From: Bacteroidota bacterium | Lineage (GTDB): Bacteria; Bacteroidota; Bacteroidia; AKYH767-A; OLB10 | DNA length: 64,000 nt | Direction of reading: 5' to 3' | Assembly (NCBI GenBank): GCA_947453935.1 | Contig: CANGJU010000001.1 | Span: 11,112 to 75,111, forward strand | Shown: in pieces, positions 1-8,253 of the stretch | Numbering within the stretch: the first letter of the stretch is position 1 | Layout: every line of letters begins with the position of its first letter | Notes under the pieces: model-generated | Databases searched by the model: none | What the model was told of the DNA's origin: nothing | The model's input: only the letters and a program-made list of their open reading frames with translations | Made by a program: the position numbers and the translations under genes

Positions 1-19
1 TTTTTATCACTGACAGGAA

Positions 20-1135
20 ATGAATGGAAAGATGAATAACAACGAACAAAAATATAGTCAGCTGAAAGCCATGTTTGCCATCTCCAAGGCAAGCTTCCGC
101 TCTATTACCAGAAGTCCATCGGCAGTAATTTTCACGTTGGTGTTTCCGTTAATCTTTATTATGGTTTTCGGATTTTTGAAAGGTGGTAGTGTTTCGCTGG
201 ATGTGGCATTATCGCCCGACTGCGATACAAAAAATCCGATTTACATAGGAATGATTTCGAACCCTGCTTTCTCCGTTCAGGAAAAAATGGATACTGCAAC
301 GCAGAAGAAATTATTATTGAAAGGCACGCTCGATGCGATTGTAAATATCCAGCGTTCAGCAATCGATTCAACGTATAACGTTCAGCTCTATACGACAATG
401 GCTTCTGCGGAAAAAGGAGTGATTGTAAAATCGATGTTAGAGCATTTGATTGATAAATTAAATTTGAAGGCAGCGCATATTTCCCAACCAATGGCGACTA
501 TCCAACAAGAGCAGTTAACAGGAAGAACATACGAGACAATCGATTTTATTTTGCCAGGACAATTAGGATTTTCATTGCTGAGCACGGGGGTATTCGGAAC
601 GGCTTTCGTATTCTTTAATTTACGTCAGACGCTAGTTATCAAACGATTTTTTGCAACTCCTATCAAACGGCCATTTATCGTTTTAGGCGAAGCATTGGCT
701 AGAATGGTATTTGCTCTTTTAGGTGCGGCCTTCTTAATTACATTAGGACATTATGCTTTCGGATTTACCTTGATTAATGGACTCTCTACCTTTTTTGACA
801 TGATTGTGCTATCAGCAATTGGATTGATCGTATTTATGGGATTCGGATTCGTAGTTTCTGGTATCGCAAAGAATGAAGGCACTATTCCTCCGTTAGCAAA
901 TATTGTTACGTTGCCTCAATTTTTACTCTCGGGAACATTCTTCGGAATCGATAATTTCCCTTCCTGGTTGCAGCCGGTTTGTAAAATTCTACCGCTTACT
1001 TATCTCAACGATGCTATGCGTAAAGTGGCATTTGAAGGAGCTGGATTAATGGATGTTACAACTCAATTAGGAGTGATTTTACTTTGGGGAGTAATCATTT
1101 ATTTTGCAGCGGTAAAAGTGTTCCGTTGGGAATAG
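20..1135 (+). CDS. ABC-2 family transporter permease (polytopic membrane protein)
   Basis: 371-aa ORF with multiple hydrophobic helices and ABC-2 type permease-like topology. No ATPase motifs in this ORF. Confidence 0.55.
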   Translation: MNGKMNNNEQKYSQLKAMFAISKASFRSITRSPSAVIFTLVFPLIFIMVFGFLKGGSVSLDVALSPDCDTKNPIYIGMISNPAFSVQEKMDTATQKKLLLKGTLDAIVNIQRSAIDSTYNVQLYTTMASAEKGVIVKSMLEHLIDKLNLKAAHISQPMATIQQEQLTGRTYETIDFILPGQLGFSLLSTGVFGTAFVFFNLRQTLVIKRFFATPIKRPFIVLGEALARMVFALLGAAFLITLGHYAFGFTLINGLSTFFDMIVLSAIGLIVFMGFGFVVSGIAKNEGTIPPLANIVTLPQFLLSGTFFGIDNFPSWLQPVCKILPLTYLNDAMRKVAFEGAGLMDVTTQLGVILLWGVIIYFAAVKVFRWE

Positions 1136-1230
1136 TAATTTTAACTTTTATCTATTAAATTTGTTTATTCATTAACCAGTTACAATAAAAAGAAGTTTTC
1201 AACGTATAACAGAAAAAAAATAGTAAGATT

Positions 1231-1908
1231 ATGATGTTTATTCTTTCCTTAATTTTCATGGCCATCGGTTGGATGGTTCAGTCTCGTTTAAAGAGTAAGT
1301 TTGAAAAATACTCTCAAACGCCAATCAGTTCAAATTTATCAGGCGAAGAAATTGCAAAAAAGATGCTTCGCGATAATGCGATTTACGACGTAAAAGTAAT
1401 TTGTGTAGAAGGCCAGTTAACGGATCACTACAATCCCGCAGATAAAACAGTAAATTTAAGTCAGGGTGTTTATTACGGAAAAAATGCAGCAGCAGCAGCG
1501 GTATCAGCTCACGAATGTGGACATGCCGTGCAACATGCAACAGCGTATAGTATGTTACAACTTCGTTCAACATTAGTCCCTATTGTAAGTGTTGCTTCGG
1601 GTTGGATGCACTGGATTTTATTAGCAGGAATTTTAACGATAAATACATTCCCAAGTTTATTACTAATTGGTATCTGTTTATTTGCAGCAACTACTTTATT
1701 CAGTCTTGTAACATTACCTGTAGAATTTGATGCAAGTAACCGCGCTTTAGCATGGTTAGAAACATCAGGAGTTTCGAATGCACAAGAACACGAAAATGCT
1801 AAAGATGCTTTATGGTGGGCGGCCATGACCTATGTAGTAGCAGCAATTGCATCAATCGCAACGCTCTTGTATTACATCATGATTTACATGGGTGGAAGAA
1901 GAAATTAA
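1231..1908 (+). CDS. Membrane zinc metallopeptidase, YugP-like (HExxH)
   Basis: HECGHAVQH zinc-binding motif with flanking TM helices. Family-level resemblance to Zn-dependent membrane protease YugP. Confidence 0.6.
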   Translation: MMFILSLIFMAIGWMVQSRLKSKFEKYSQTPISSNLSGEEIAKKMLRDNAIYDVKVICVEGQLTDHYNPADKTVNLSQGVYYGKNAAAAAVSAHECGHAVQHATAYSMLQLRSTLVPIVSVASGWMHWILLAGILTINTFPSLLLIGICLFAATTLFSLVTLPVEFDASNRALAWLETSGVSNAQEHENAKDALWWAAMTYVVAAIASIATLLYYIMIYMGGRRN

Positions 1909-1928
1909 TTACATCAATTAAAAAGAAT

Positions 1929-1957
1929 AGAGCCGGCTTTCAAGTCGGCTTTTTTTA
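1929..1957 (+). terminator. Rho-independent terminator candidate
   Basis: AGCCGGCTTTCAAGTCGGCT hairpin followed by a T7 run, just after the stop of the peptidase gene. Confidence 0.5.
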
Positions 1958-2015
1958 TGAACAAATCTTTCTCAGATGCAGATAAATATTCAAGCGGAAA
2001 TAGTATTTTTGAAGC

Positions 2016-2969
2016 ATGAGTTTACCTGAAAACATTGAAAGTAAAATTAAGCTTCTGGAAGAGAAGTTTAATGCCATGGGGCAGGATTTAACATCTTACC
2101 TTGATGGGTTGTTATATGCTGATTATTTGACTTATTGGGACTATATTCACTTAGATACGCTTTTAAGTTTACAATCGCCAAAAACGAAGTTCCCTGATGA
2201 AGAAGTTTTTATCATGTATCATCAGATAACAGAATTGTATTTCAAGTTATCAATTCATGAATTCAAACAAATCAGCAATACAAAAAATATAACTGTTGAT
2301 TTATTAATTCAAAAACTGCAACGTATCAATCGTTATTTTGTAGCGTTAACCGATTCGTTTTCGATAATGGTAGATGGGATGGAGCCAGAGCAATTTCAAA
2401 AATTCAGAATGAGTTTATTGCCTGCATCAGGATTTCAGTCGGCGCAGTACCGTTGCATTGAAATTTACTCGACAGAATTCGAAAGATTGGTTTCGAAAGA
2501 TGTCAGAGAAAAAATAAATAGTAAGAGTGCGAGTGTTGAAGAAATGTTTGAGCATATTTATTGGAAGGCAGGAGCAACAGAATTAGCAACGGGTAAAAAG
2601 ACGTTAACGCTAAATCAATTTGAAGAAAAATACTCGACGCAATTAATCACCCTTGCCAAATCGATGGAAGGAGTGAATGTCCTATCGCAATATAAAAAGC
2701 TATCGGCAGAAGATCAGCAGAATGAAAAGCTAATCAAATTATTGAAGCAATTAGATGTGAATGTAAACATCAACTGGCCATTGTCTCATTATAAATCGGC
2801 TGTAAGGTATTTACAAAAAGATCCGGTTGACATAGCTGCAACGGGCGGAACCAATTGGCAGAAGTATTTGCCTCCACGTTTTCAGAAAAGAATTTTTTAT
2901 TACGAACTTTGGTCGCAAGAAGAATTAGACAACTGGGGTAAAGCCTGGGTAGAAGATTTGTTTAAATAA
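2016..2969 (+). CDS. kynA: Tryptophan 2,3-dioxygenase
   Basis: N-terminal region YLxYWDYIHLDTLLSLQSP is characteristic of the TDO family. Length of 317 aa fits. Confidence 0.8.
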   Translation: MSLPENIESKIKLLEEKFNAMGQDLTSYLDGLLYADYLTYWDYIHLDTLLSLQSPKTKFPDEEVFIMYHQITELYFKLSIHEFKQISNTKNITVDLLIQKLQRINRYFVALTDSFSIMVDGMEPEQFQKFRMSLLPASGFQSAQYRCIEIYSTEFERLVSKDVREKINSKSASVEEMFEHIYWKAGATELATGKKTLTLNQFEEKYSTQLITLAKSMEGVNVLSQYKKLSAEDQQNEKLIKLLKQLDVNVNINWPLSHYKSAVRYLQKDPVDIAATGGTNWQKYLPPRFQKRIFYYELWSQEELDNWGKAWVEDLFK

Positions 2970-2978
2970 AACGATAAG

Positions 2979-3635
2979 ATGAAAAAAATAGTAGTAGTTT
3001 TTGTACTGATGAGTATGTCAGTGGTAGTATTCGCTCAAGCACCTAAGCAGGAATTAAAGCGTCCTCCAATGAAGCAAAGTAATGTTAAGCGTGCATTAGA
3101 TCGTTATGTAAGTGTCTGGGATACGTGTGCTAATAATACAACAAGAGCAAAGATTTATGAAGGCTTTGATCGTTTAGCAGCTGCTGATACCACTAATTTC
3201 TACGGACAGTATTATGCAGCTTATATTGATGCTGAATCTGGATTTTTATATTTTGATACCTTACGCAAACAGGAAGTATATACGCGAGCGTTAGGTTACT
3301 CAGATAAAGCAATGAAGATAAATCCGAAGGACGCAGAGCCGATTATTTTAAAGGCGCATATTTTACGTTTGATGGCCAACCATAACGATTCACTATCTGC
3401 AGACCATAAAGCAAAAATTAAAAAGCTAATTGCAGATGCAAAGAAGATAGATGCTGCGAATCCTCGTTTATATTTAGTGATGGGTGATGAGTTGTTAGCA
3501 GAAGGGAATAAAAAAGAGGCGATGAAAAATTACAAGCTGGCAAGCGATGCATTAAAGGCGAGTAAATCGGAAGAATTTTTAAAACCTCACTGGGGCGCCG
3601 ATGAGCTCAAACGATCAATGGCAAAAGCACAATAG
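2979..3635 (+). CDS. Secreted hypothetical protein (signal peptide, helical/TPR-like)
   Basis: N-terminal Sec signal MKKIVVVFVLMSMSVVVFAQA. Begins 10 nt after kynA, so likely co-transcribed. Confidence 0.5.
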   Translation: MKKIVVVFVLMSMSVVVFAQAPKQELKRPPMKQSNVKRALDRYVSVWDTCANNTTRAKIYEGFDRLAAADTTNFYGQYYAAYIDAESGFLYFDTLRKQEVYTRALGYSDKAMKINPKDAEPIILKAHILRLMANHNDSLSADHKAKIKKLIADAKKIDAANPRLYLVMGDELLAEGNKKEAMKNYKLASDALKASKSEEFLKPHWGADELKRSMAKAQ

Positions 3636-3640
3636 ATATT

Positions 3641-3668
3641 AAGGACTGAGTAATCAGTCCTTTTTTTA
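3641..3668 (+). terminator. Rho-independent terminator
   Basis: AGGACTGAGTAATCAGTCCT perfect hairpin plus T8. Confidence 0.65.
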
Positions 3669-3764
3669 TTTTGATATTGTTGTTATATGAAAAACGCAAC
3701 CTGTTAAAATAAGTGTTGCATATGTTGTTTGCGTGATAAGCTCTCCTGCCACTAAAATAGTTTT

Positions 3765-3792
3765 AATTAAAAAAGGGGCACGAGGCCCATTG
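3765..3792 (-). terminator. Rho-independent terminator (shared module, see 15372-15412)
   Basis: On the minus strand GGGCCTCGTGCCCC hairpin followed by TTTTTT, 25 nt after the stop of the 549-aa gene. Near-identical to the element at 15385. Confidence 0.55.
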
Positions 3793-3814
3793 AAATTTAA
3801 ATGCGTTTATAATT

Positions 3815-5464
3815 TTATTCCTTCACCCATCGAACGGTTGTGTTGATTTTTTCGTTCTTAATACTGGTGATATACATACCACTTTGCAAGGATTCTATTG
3901 AAAGTGGAAGTGATAAATCGGAGGTAACTATATCACTCATCACCAAACGGCCATCAAGACTGTATGTATTGATAGTATAAGTTGCAGGCGGCAAGCCGCT
4001 AATATCAATATGGTCTTTTGCGGGGTTAGGCCTTACCGTTAGTGATAAATTATTTTGTAGTTGATTGATAGAAGTAGTTGTTGATGAGTACCCTAATTTC
4101 ACTGCCCAAATATCTCTTGCGCCACGACCTGCATCATGTTTCACATTACTAATTCCATCGTTAGCTGTTGCGGTAATAAGTAACGTACTATCATTTAATA
4201 GCATTAATGCCTCGGCAAATTCTGCTTTGTTTGCCCCAATATTTTTATACGTCAACAATGCCCCTGAGGTATCTAAATCCATAACTACAACATCATAGTC
4301 TCCATACCCAGGGTTAAGAAATGTACCATTTGATACGCTCGGAACTGATGCTACTGCAAAAAAACCACCTTGTGCATTTAGTATAACATCCCCAAATTGC
4401 TCCGGCTGTGAAGTCCCATACGTTTTCTCCCAAATTATATTACCACTTGTATCCGTTTTGATAATCCATAAATCTTCTTGATAAAGTGGAATTAGTACAT
4501 TTTCTTTAAATCCAAATAAGTAATAAAAATTATCCTTTTCAATTATTTTCATCAGCCCTGTCCACCCTGTGCAACCGAAACGTTTATCCCAGATTTTATT
4601 TCCATTTTTATCTACTTTAAATACAATAGCCTCAGCAAAACCAGGAGGAGCGATAGGAGAAGAAGCAATATTTCCACCTATTCCACTCTCGGTTAATCCA
4701 TAAACCAAGTAATTACTATCATTCAAAATTATATGTCCTTGATGTACATTGTTATTATAATTATTAGCAGCTCCTTGATCTCTATCCATTCCTCCAAAAA
4801 CTCGATCCCATTGCTTATTCCCTGATGAGTCTAACTTAATCACCCATAGGTCTTTAGCTGCTTGAAATGGGGTTTGAGATGGATAATAGAATGCGTTTTG
4901 AGTTTTATCAAAATCTTGCACGCCATTACTAGTGCCCGATAACAATAGGCCTCCGTCTAAAGTTTGTTCTGCACTACAATATAGATCATCACCAGAAGAA
5001 CCAAATCGTGTTTCATTAATTTTGTTGCCAAGAGTATCAAGAAATAACAGAATATAATCAAACCCCCCTCTTGTTGTTGTAAATAAACTACAAGAAGAAT
5101 CTCCAGTAGTATGCCCTGCAATTAAAAAACCTTGTTTATATGGTATAATGCTATATGCTTGGTCATAGGCTGAAATTGCACCATAATTTTTATCCCATAT
5201 TTTATGAAGGGAATCATCAAAAGCGACAATCCAAATATCTTGAGTAGCACCTGAGATTTCACAGTTTGGCTCTGTTTTATCTTGCTGTGCAGTATAACAT
5301 TTACTAAAACCTACAATTGCATTTAATTGGTTTAGTCGCGCGATGTCACTTCCTTCGTCCATATTAATTGTTCCGAAGCAATGATCATCTATATAGTTAA
5401 ATGATTGGGCATTGGAGTTGGTTTGAATTAAAAATATAATAAATATGATATATAAGTTTTTCAT
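3815..5464 (-). CDS. T9SS C-terminal sorting domain cargo protein with SBBP/beta-propeller-like repeats
   Basis: Signal peptide, repeated SGNKQWDRVFGG / NGNKIWDKRFG / SGNIIWEKTYG motifs, C-terminal Por-secretion tail (...YITSIKNEKINTTVRWVKE). Paralog of 52945-54594. Confidence 0.7.
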   Translation of the reverse strand: MKNLYIIFIIFLIQTNSNAQSFNYIDDHCFGTINMDEGSDIARLNQLNAIVGFSKCYTAQQDKTEPNCEISGATQDIWIVAFDDSLHKIWDKNYGAISAYDQAYSIIPYKQGFLIAGHTTGDSSCSLFTTTRGGFDYILLFLDTLGNKINETRFGSSGDDLYCSAEQTLDGGLLLSGTSNGVQDFDKTQNAFYYPSQTPFQAAKDLWVIKLDSSGNKQWDRVFGGMDRDQGAANNYNNNVHQGHIILNDSNYLVYGLTESGIGGNIASSPIAPPGFAEAIVFKVDKNGNKIWDKRFGCTGWTGLMKIIEKDNFYYLFGFKENVLIPLYQEDLWIIKTDTSGNIIWEKTYGTSQPEQFGDVILNAQGGFFAVASVPSVSNGTFLNPGYGDYDVVVMDLDTSGALLTYKNIGANKAEFAEALMLLNDSTLLITATANDGISNVKHDAGRGARDIWAVKLGYSSTTTSINQLQNNLSLTVRPNPAKDHIDISGLPPATYTINTYSLDGRLVMSDIVTSDLSLPLSIESLQSGMYITSIKNEKINTTVRWVKE

Positions 5465-5476
5465 TTATACAAAATA

Positions 5477-7018
5477 TTAATGATTAAATCTAGCTATTTT
5501 TTTTGAACTGAATGTATGATTACTATACTCTGATTTTTGTATAATTAAATCATTAGTAAAATGATTAAAGTAATTAAAGTAATTAAAGTAATTATCAAAT
5601 ACATCGGTATTTTTGTTGTTTGTAGTAAATAATAATTTACCGTCTAAAGAGTAGTAACTTGTTTGTATTAATTCTTTAGATGTGTCCAAATGTATTGTTG
5701 TCGCATTTTGATTCAACTTAAAACTAGTAACAGAAGAAATAGATTTTATCATTTTATAATTAACATCCCAGATATTTGTACCTCCAATACTAATATTCTG
5801 ATAAGTGGAGAATAATTCATTGTCTGCATGCCTTCCAGCTAATGATAAAAAGGAAGATACATCATAATTGTTGTTTGTTATGGAATAAGGGACTTGCCAG
5901 AATAGAGAATCAATAGGTATAGCATTATTATTACATCTAAGTGCTATTGAATAATCGGTATAATTAACAATATTTGGATAGGATAAGTTTCCTGAATAAA
6001 ATGACCAACCAACATAAATGCCATCAGTAGGATAGTTACTCGAATAGCAAACGCTTACATAATAGTTTGCATTTTGCGATATATTAGCAGTATTTGTATT
6101 ATAATTAATTACAGATCCACCATTATTAAAGCCTTTTACATTCCAAAATGGGCTTGGTGAAGTTGAGCTGTTCAAGTGTTCATATGAAACAACCGTCCAT
6201 TCAGAAGGGCTACCCCCATTAGGCCCGGGAGAAGCAATTCTTGGAAACTCCCACTTATAACTAATCGTAGGAGGATAAGCCATTGGTATAGTAATCGTAT
6301 TAACTATATTTGAAGCTAAATCATTAAAATTATAATCATCTATTGTTAATTCGCCATTTTTAGCATCAATATAGCATACATGAACTACATCGGCATTACT
6401 GTCAGAGTATAAACTGACATCAGGATTAACTCCAAAATCCAATTGATTTGTCGAAATAATTACTGAAGATGTGTTTCCGACAGCGGCAAATATTCTTTTT
6501 GATTGGTCATCCCAAACTATTGTAAATTCCCCAACTAGCTTACTATTACCATCAATGTTTAAAGTGGTGCCAAAAGGAGCATTTGCAAAATTTGTAACAT
6601 TAACTGATGAAAACGCCAAAATGCTGCTTTTCCATTCAAATATTTCTAAATAATAATTTGAGCTCAATGAATCATAATAAACAACTGCCGCAAGAAGGTT
6701 AGAATCAGACTTTGTGAGTATACAAACGTCAGGGTCCTCTAAATATCCGGGATAAGTAAGGGGTAATGTTCCAACATAGCTATTACCCATATAATCAACT
6801 ACCCAACCGAATCCTCTATTTTTTGTAGCATTACCCCAAACACTTACACGATATGTATTATTATTAAAAGTCATAATATCACAGCCAGTATTACGGCTAT
6901 AAATCGGACTGACTCCATAACTGCTATCCTGTATAACAGGAGAAACAAATTGTGCATTAGCCATAAGAACATTAATTAATAAGCACCATAGTGCTAGTAG
7001 TTTTTTTGATATTTTCAT
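5477..7018 (-). CDS. Secreted protein of unknown function (first gene of two-gene operon)
   Basis: Signal peptide MKISKKLLALWCLLINVLMANAQ. 12-nt gap to downstream 549-aa gene. Paralog (~75-80% aa) of 51394-52935. Confidence 0.7.
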   Translation of the reverse strand: MKISKKLLALWCLLINVLMANAQFVSPVIQDSSYGVSPIYSRNTGCDIMTFNNNTYRVSVWGNATKNRGFGWVVDYMGNSYVGTLPLTYPGYLEDPDVCILTKSDSNLLAAVVYYDSLSSNYYLEIFEWKSSILAFSSVNVTNFANAPFGTTLNIDGNSKLVGEFTIVWDDQSKRIFAAVGNTSSVIISTNQLDFGVNPDVSLYSDSNADVVHVCYIDAKNGELTIDDYNFNDLASNIVNTITIPMAYPPTISYKWEFPRIASPGPNGGSPSEWTVVSYEHLNSSTSPSPFWNVKGFNNGGSVINYNTNTANISQNANYYVSVCYSSNYPTDGIYVGWSFYSGNLSYPNIVNYTDYSIALRCNNNAIPIDSLFWQVPYSITNNNYDVSSFLSLAGRHADNELFSTYQNISIGGTNIWDVNYKMIKSISSVTSFKLNQNATTIHLDTSKELIQTSYYSLDGKLLFTTNNKNTDVFDNYFNYFNYFNHFTNDLIIQKSEYSNHTFSSKKIARFNH

Positions 7019-7039
7019 AATTATTAGATTTTAGATTCT

Positions 7040-7258
7040 CAAATATAAAGTGGCAAATACCTTAAAACAATAAGTAATATTACTTATTTTTCTAGTACTA
7101 CAAAATGACAAGTATTCGCCAATTACAATTGTCTTATTAACTTGTTATCAGTTGTTTATGGTTTCAAACAGAAGGTATTATCACTCAAAAAATTGAAATT
7201 TTTGGTTCTTGAAATTTTTTAAGGTCTCCGAAAAACGTCATAATTACTTGCCACTGTT
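7040..7258 (-). promoter_or_regulatory. Conserved upstream cassette, copy 1: -7 box TATATTTG, 20-bp palindrome, inverted AGTGGCAARTA repeats, distal AAAAACGTCA motif
   Basis: Bacteroidetes-type -7 box (7040-7047, minus). IR arms at 7049-7059 and 7245-7255. Palindrome AATAAGTAATATTACTTATT at 7069-7088. Same architecture at 19524-19742 and 51158-51373. Confidence 0.6.
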
Positions 7259-7379
7259 AAATATAAAATGGATTTTAAAATCCTTTTTGTTGAAGGATAT
7301 AAAGAGGAGATAGTTCCAGATTTTCAAAACAATACTACTTTTGTAAACCCCAAATCATACACTATTCAAACTACCATCT

Positions 7380-7814
7380 ATGAAATCAAAAACCATCCTA
7401 CTATTTGCCTTTTTACTATTATCAAAAAGTATCTTCGCTCAATCTGCGTTCAATGAAATAAAAGCATTTGAGCAGAAAAGATATCAAGCTTTAATTAATG
7501 CAGATATTGCAACAACAACTAAATTGATTTCTCCTGATTTATTATACACGCATTCGAATCTAAACTTTGAAGATAAGAACGCATACCTCCTTGCACTAAC
7601 AAGTGGGAAGTACAAGTTTGAAACATTTCAAACGGATAGCACGCAATATGTTTTTCTGAATAAGAAAACAGTTATAGTAGCGGGATTCGTCCACATGCAA
7701 GGACGTTATAACGATACTCCTTATAAATTAGATGGGCGCTTTACCGCAGTGTACACAAAAAAGAAACATCAATGGCAACTGGCGGCATGGCAAACGACCA
7801 AGAAAGTAAATTGA
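7380..7814 (+). CDS. Secreted SnoaL-like/DUF4440-type small protein (NTF2-like fold)
   Basis: 144 aa, signal peptide MKSKTILLFAFLLLSKSIFAQ. ~92% identical to the 19866-20300 paralog. Confidence 0.55.
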   Translation: MKSKTILLFAFLLLSKSIFAQSAFNEIKAFEQKRYQALINADIATTTKLISPDLLYTHSNLNFEDKNAYLLALTSGKYKFETFQTDSTQYVFLNKKTVIVAGFVHMQGRYNDTPYKLDGRFTAVYTKKKHQWQLAAWQTTKKVN

Positions 7815-7841
7815 TAGTTGAGTATTTACTTTTAAAATTTA

Positions 7842-8159
7842 CTAAATCTTTTTTGCTCCTTCAATAATCGCATCTACTACTGCAGGGTCGAGGAGGGTGC
7901 TAGTGTCGCCTAAATTGCTTAAGTCGTTCTCTGCAACTTTTCTTAATATTCTGCGCATGATTTTTCCCGAGCGTGTTTTGGGTAAGCCTGTCACAAATTG
8001 TATTTTGTTGGAGCTCACCAAAGGGAATATCATTACATCAAATTCGTATTTGCTCACTTTAAAAGCGCCAGCAATAGTAATTGGAGGAAGTTTAAACAGC
8101 TTTGTGAGTGGACCGTTGAAAAAAATTGGCTCTGCTGCGTTTTTATATCCTATTGGCAA
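7842..8159 (-). pseudogene. 3' fragment of acetyl-CoA synthetase (duplicated acs remnant)
   Basis: C-terminal 54 residues ([54 protein letters not shown]) identical to the end of the full acs at 20328-22250. Homology stops near 8007. Confidence 0.75.
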
Positions 8160-8253
8160 ATCTGAGGCTTATAATCCAATTTCATTGACTATTAGTAATA
8201 GTCTTTCAGATAGTTACATTGCCGAATATTTTCATCAAGGCCAAACTTTGAGT

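Noticed and set aside
7268-7456. 62-aa ORF upstream of and overlapping the 144-aa gene
   Set aside because: It lies in the conserved non-coding leader shared by three loci and is out of frame with the real gene. It has no start context.
7897-8007. Treating the first 37 codons of the giant ORF as genuine N-terminus
   Set aside because: These codons are simply the reverse complement of the duplicated acs 3' end and are also found at 20383-20492. The open frame there is incidental.
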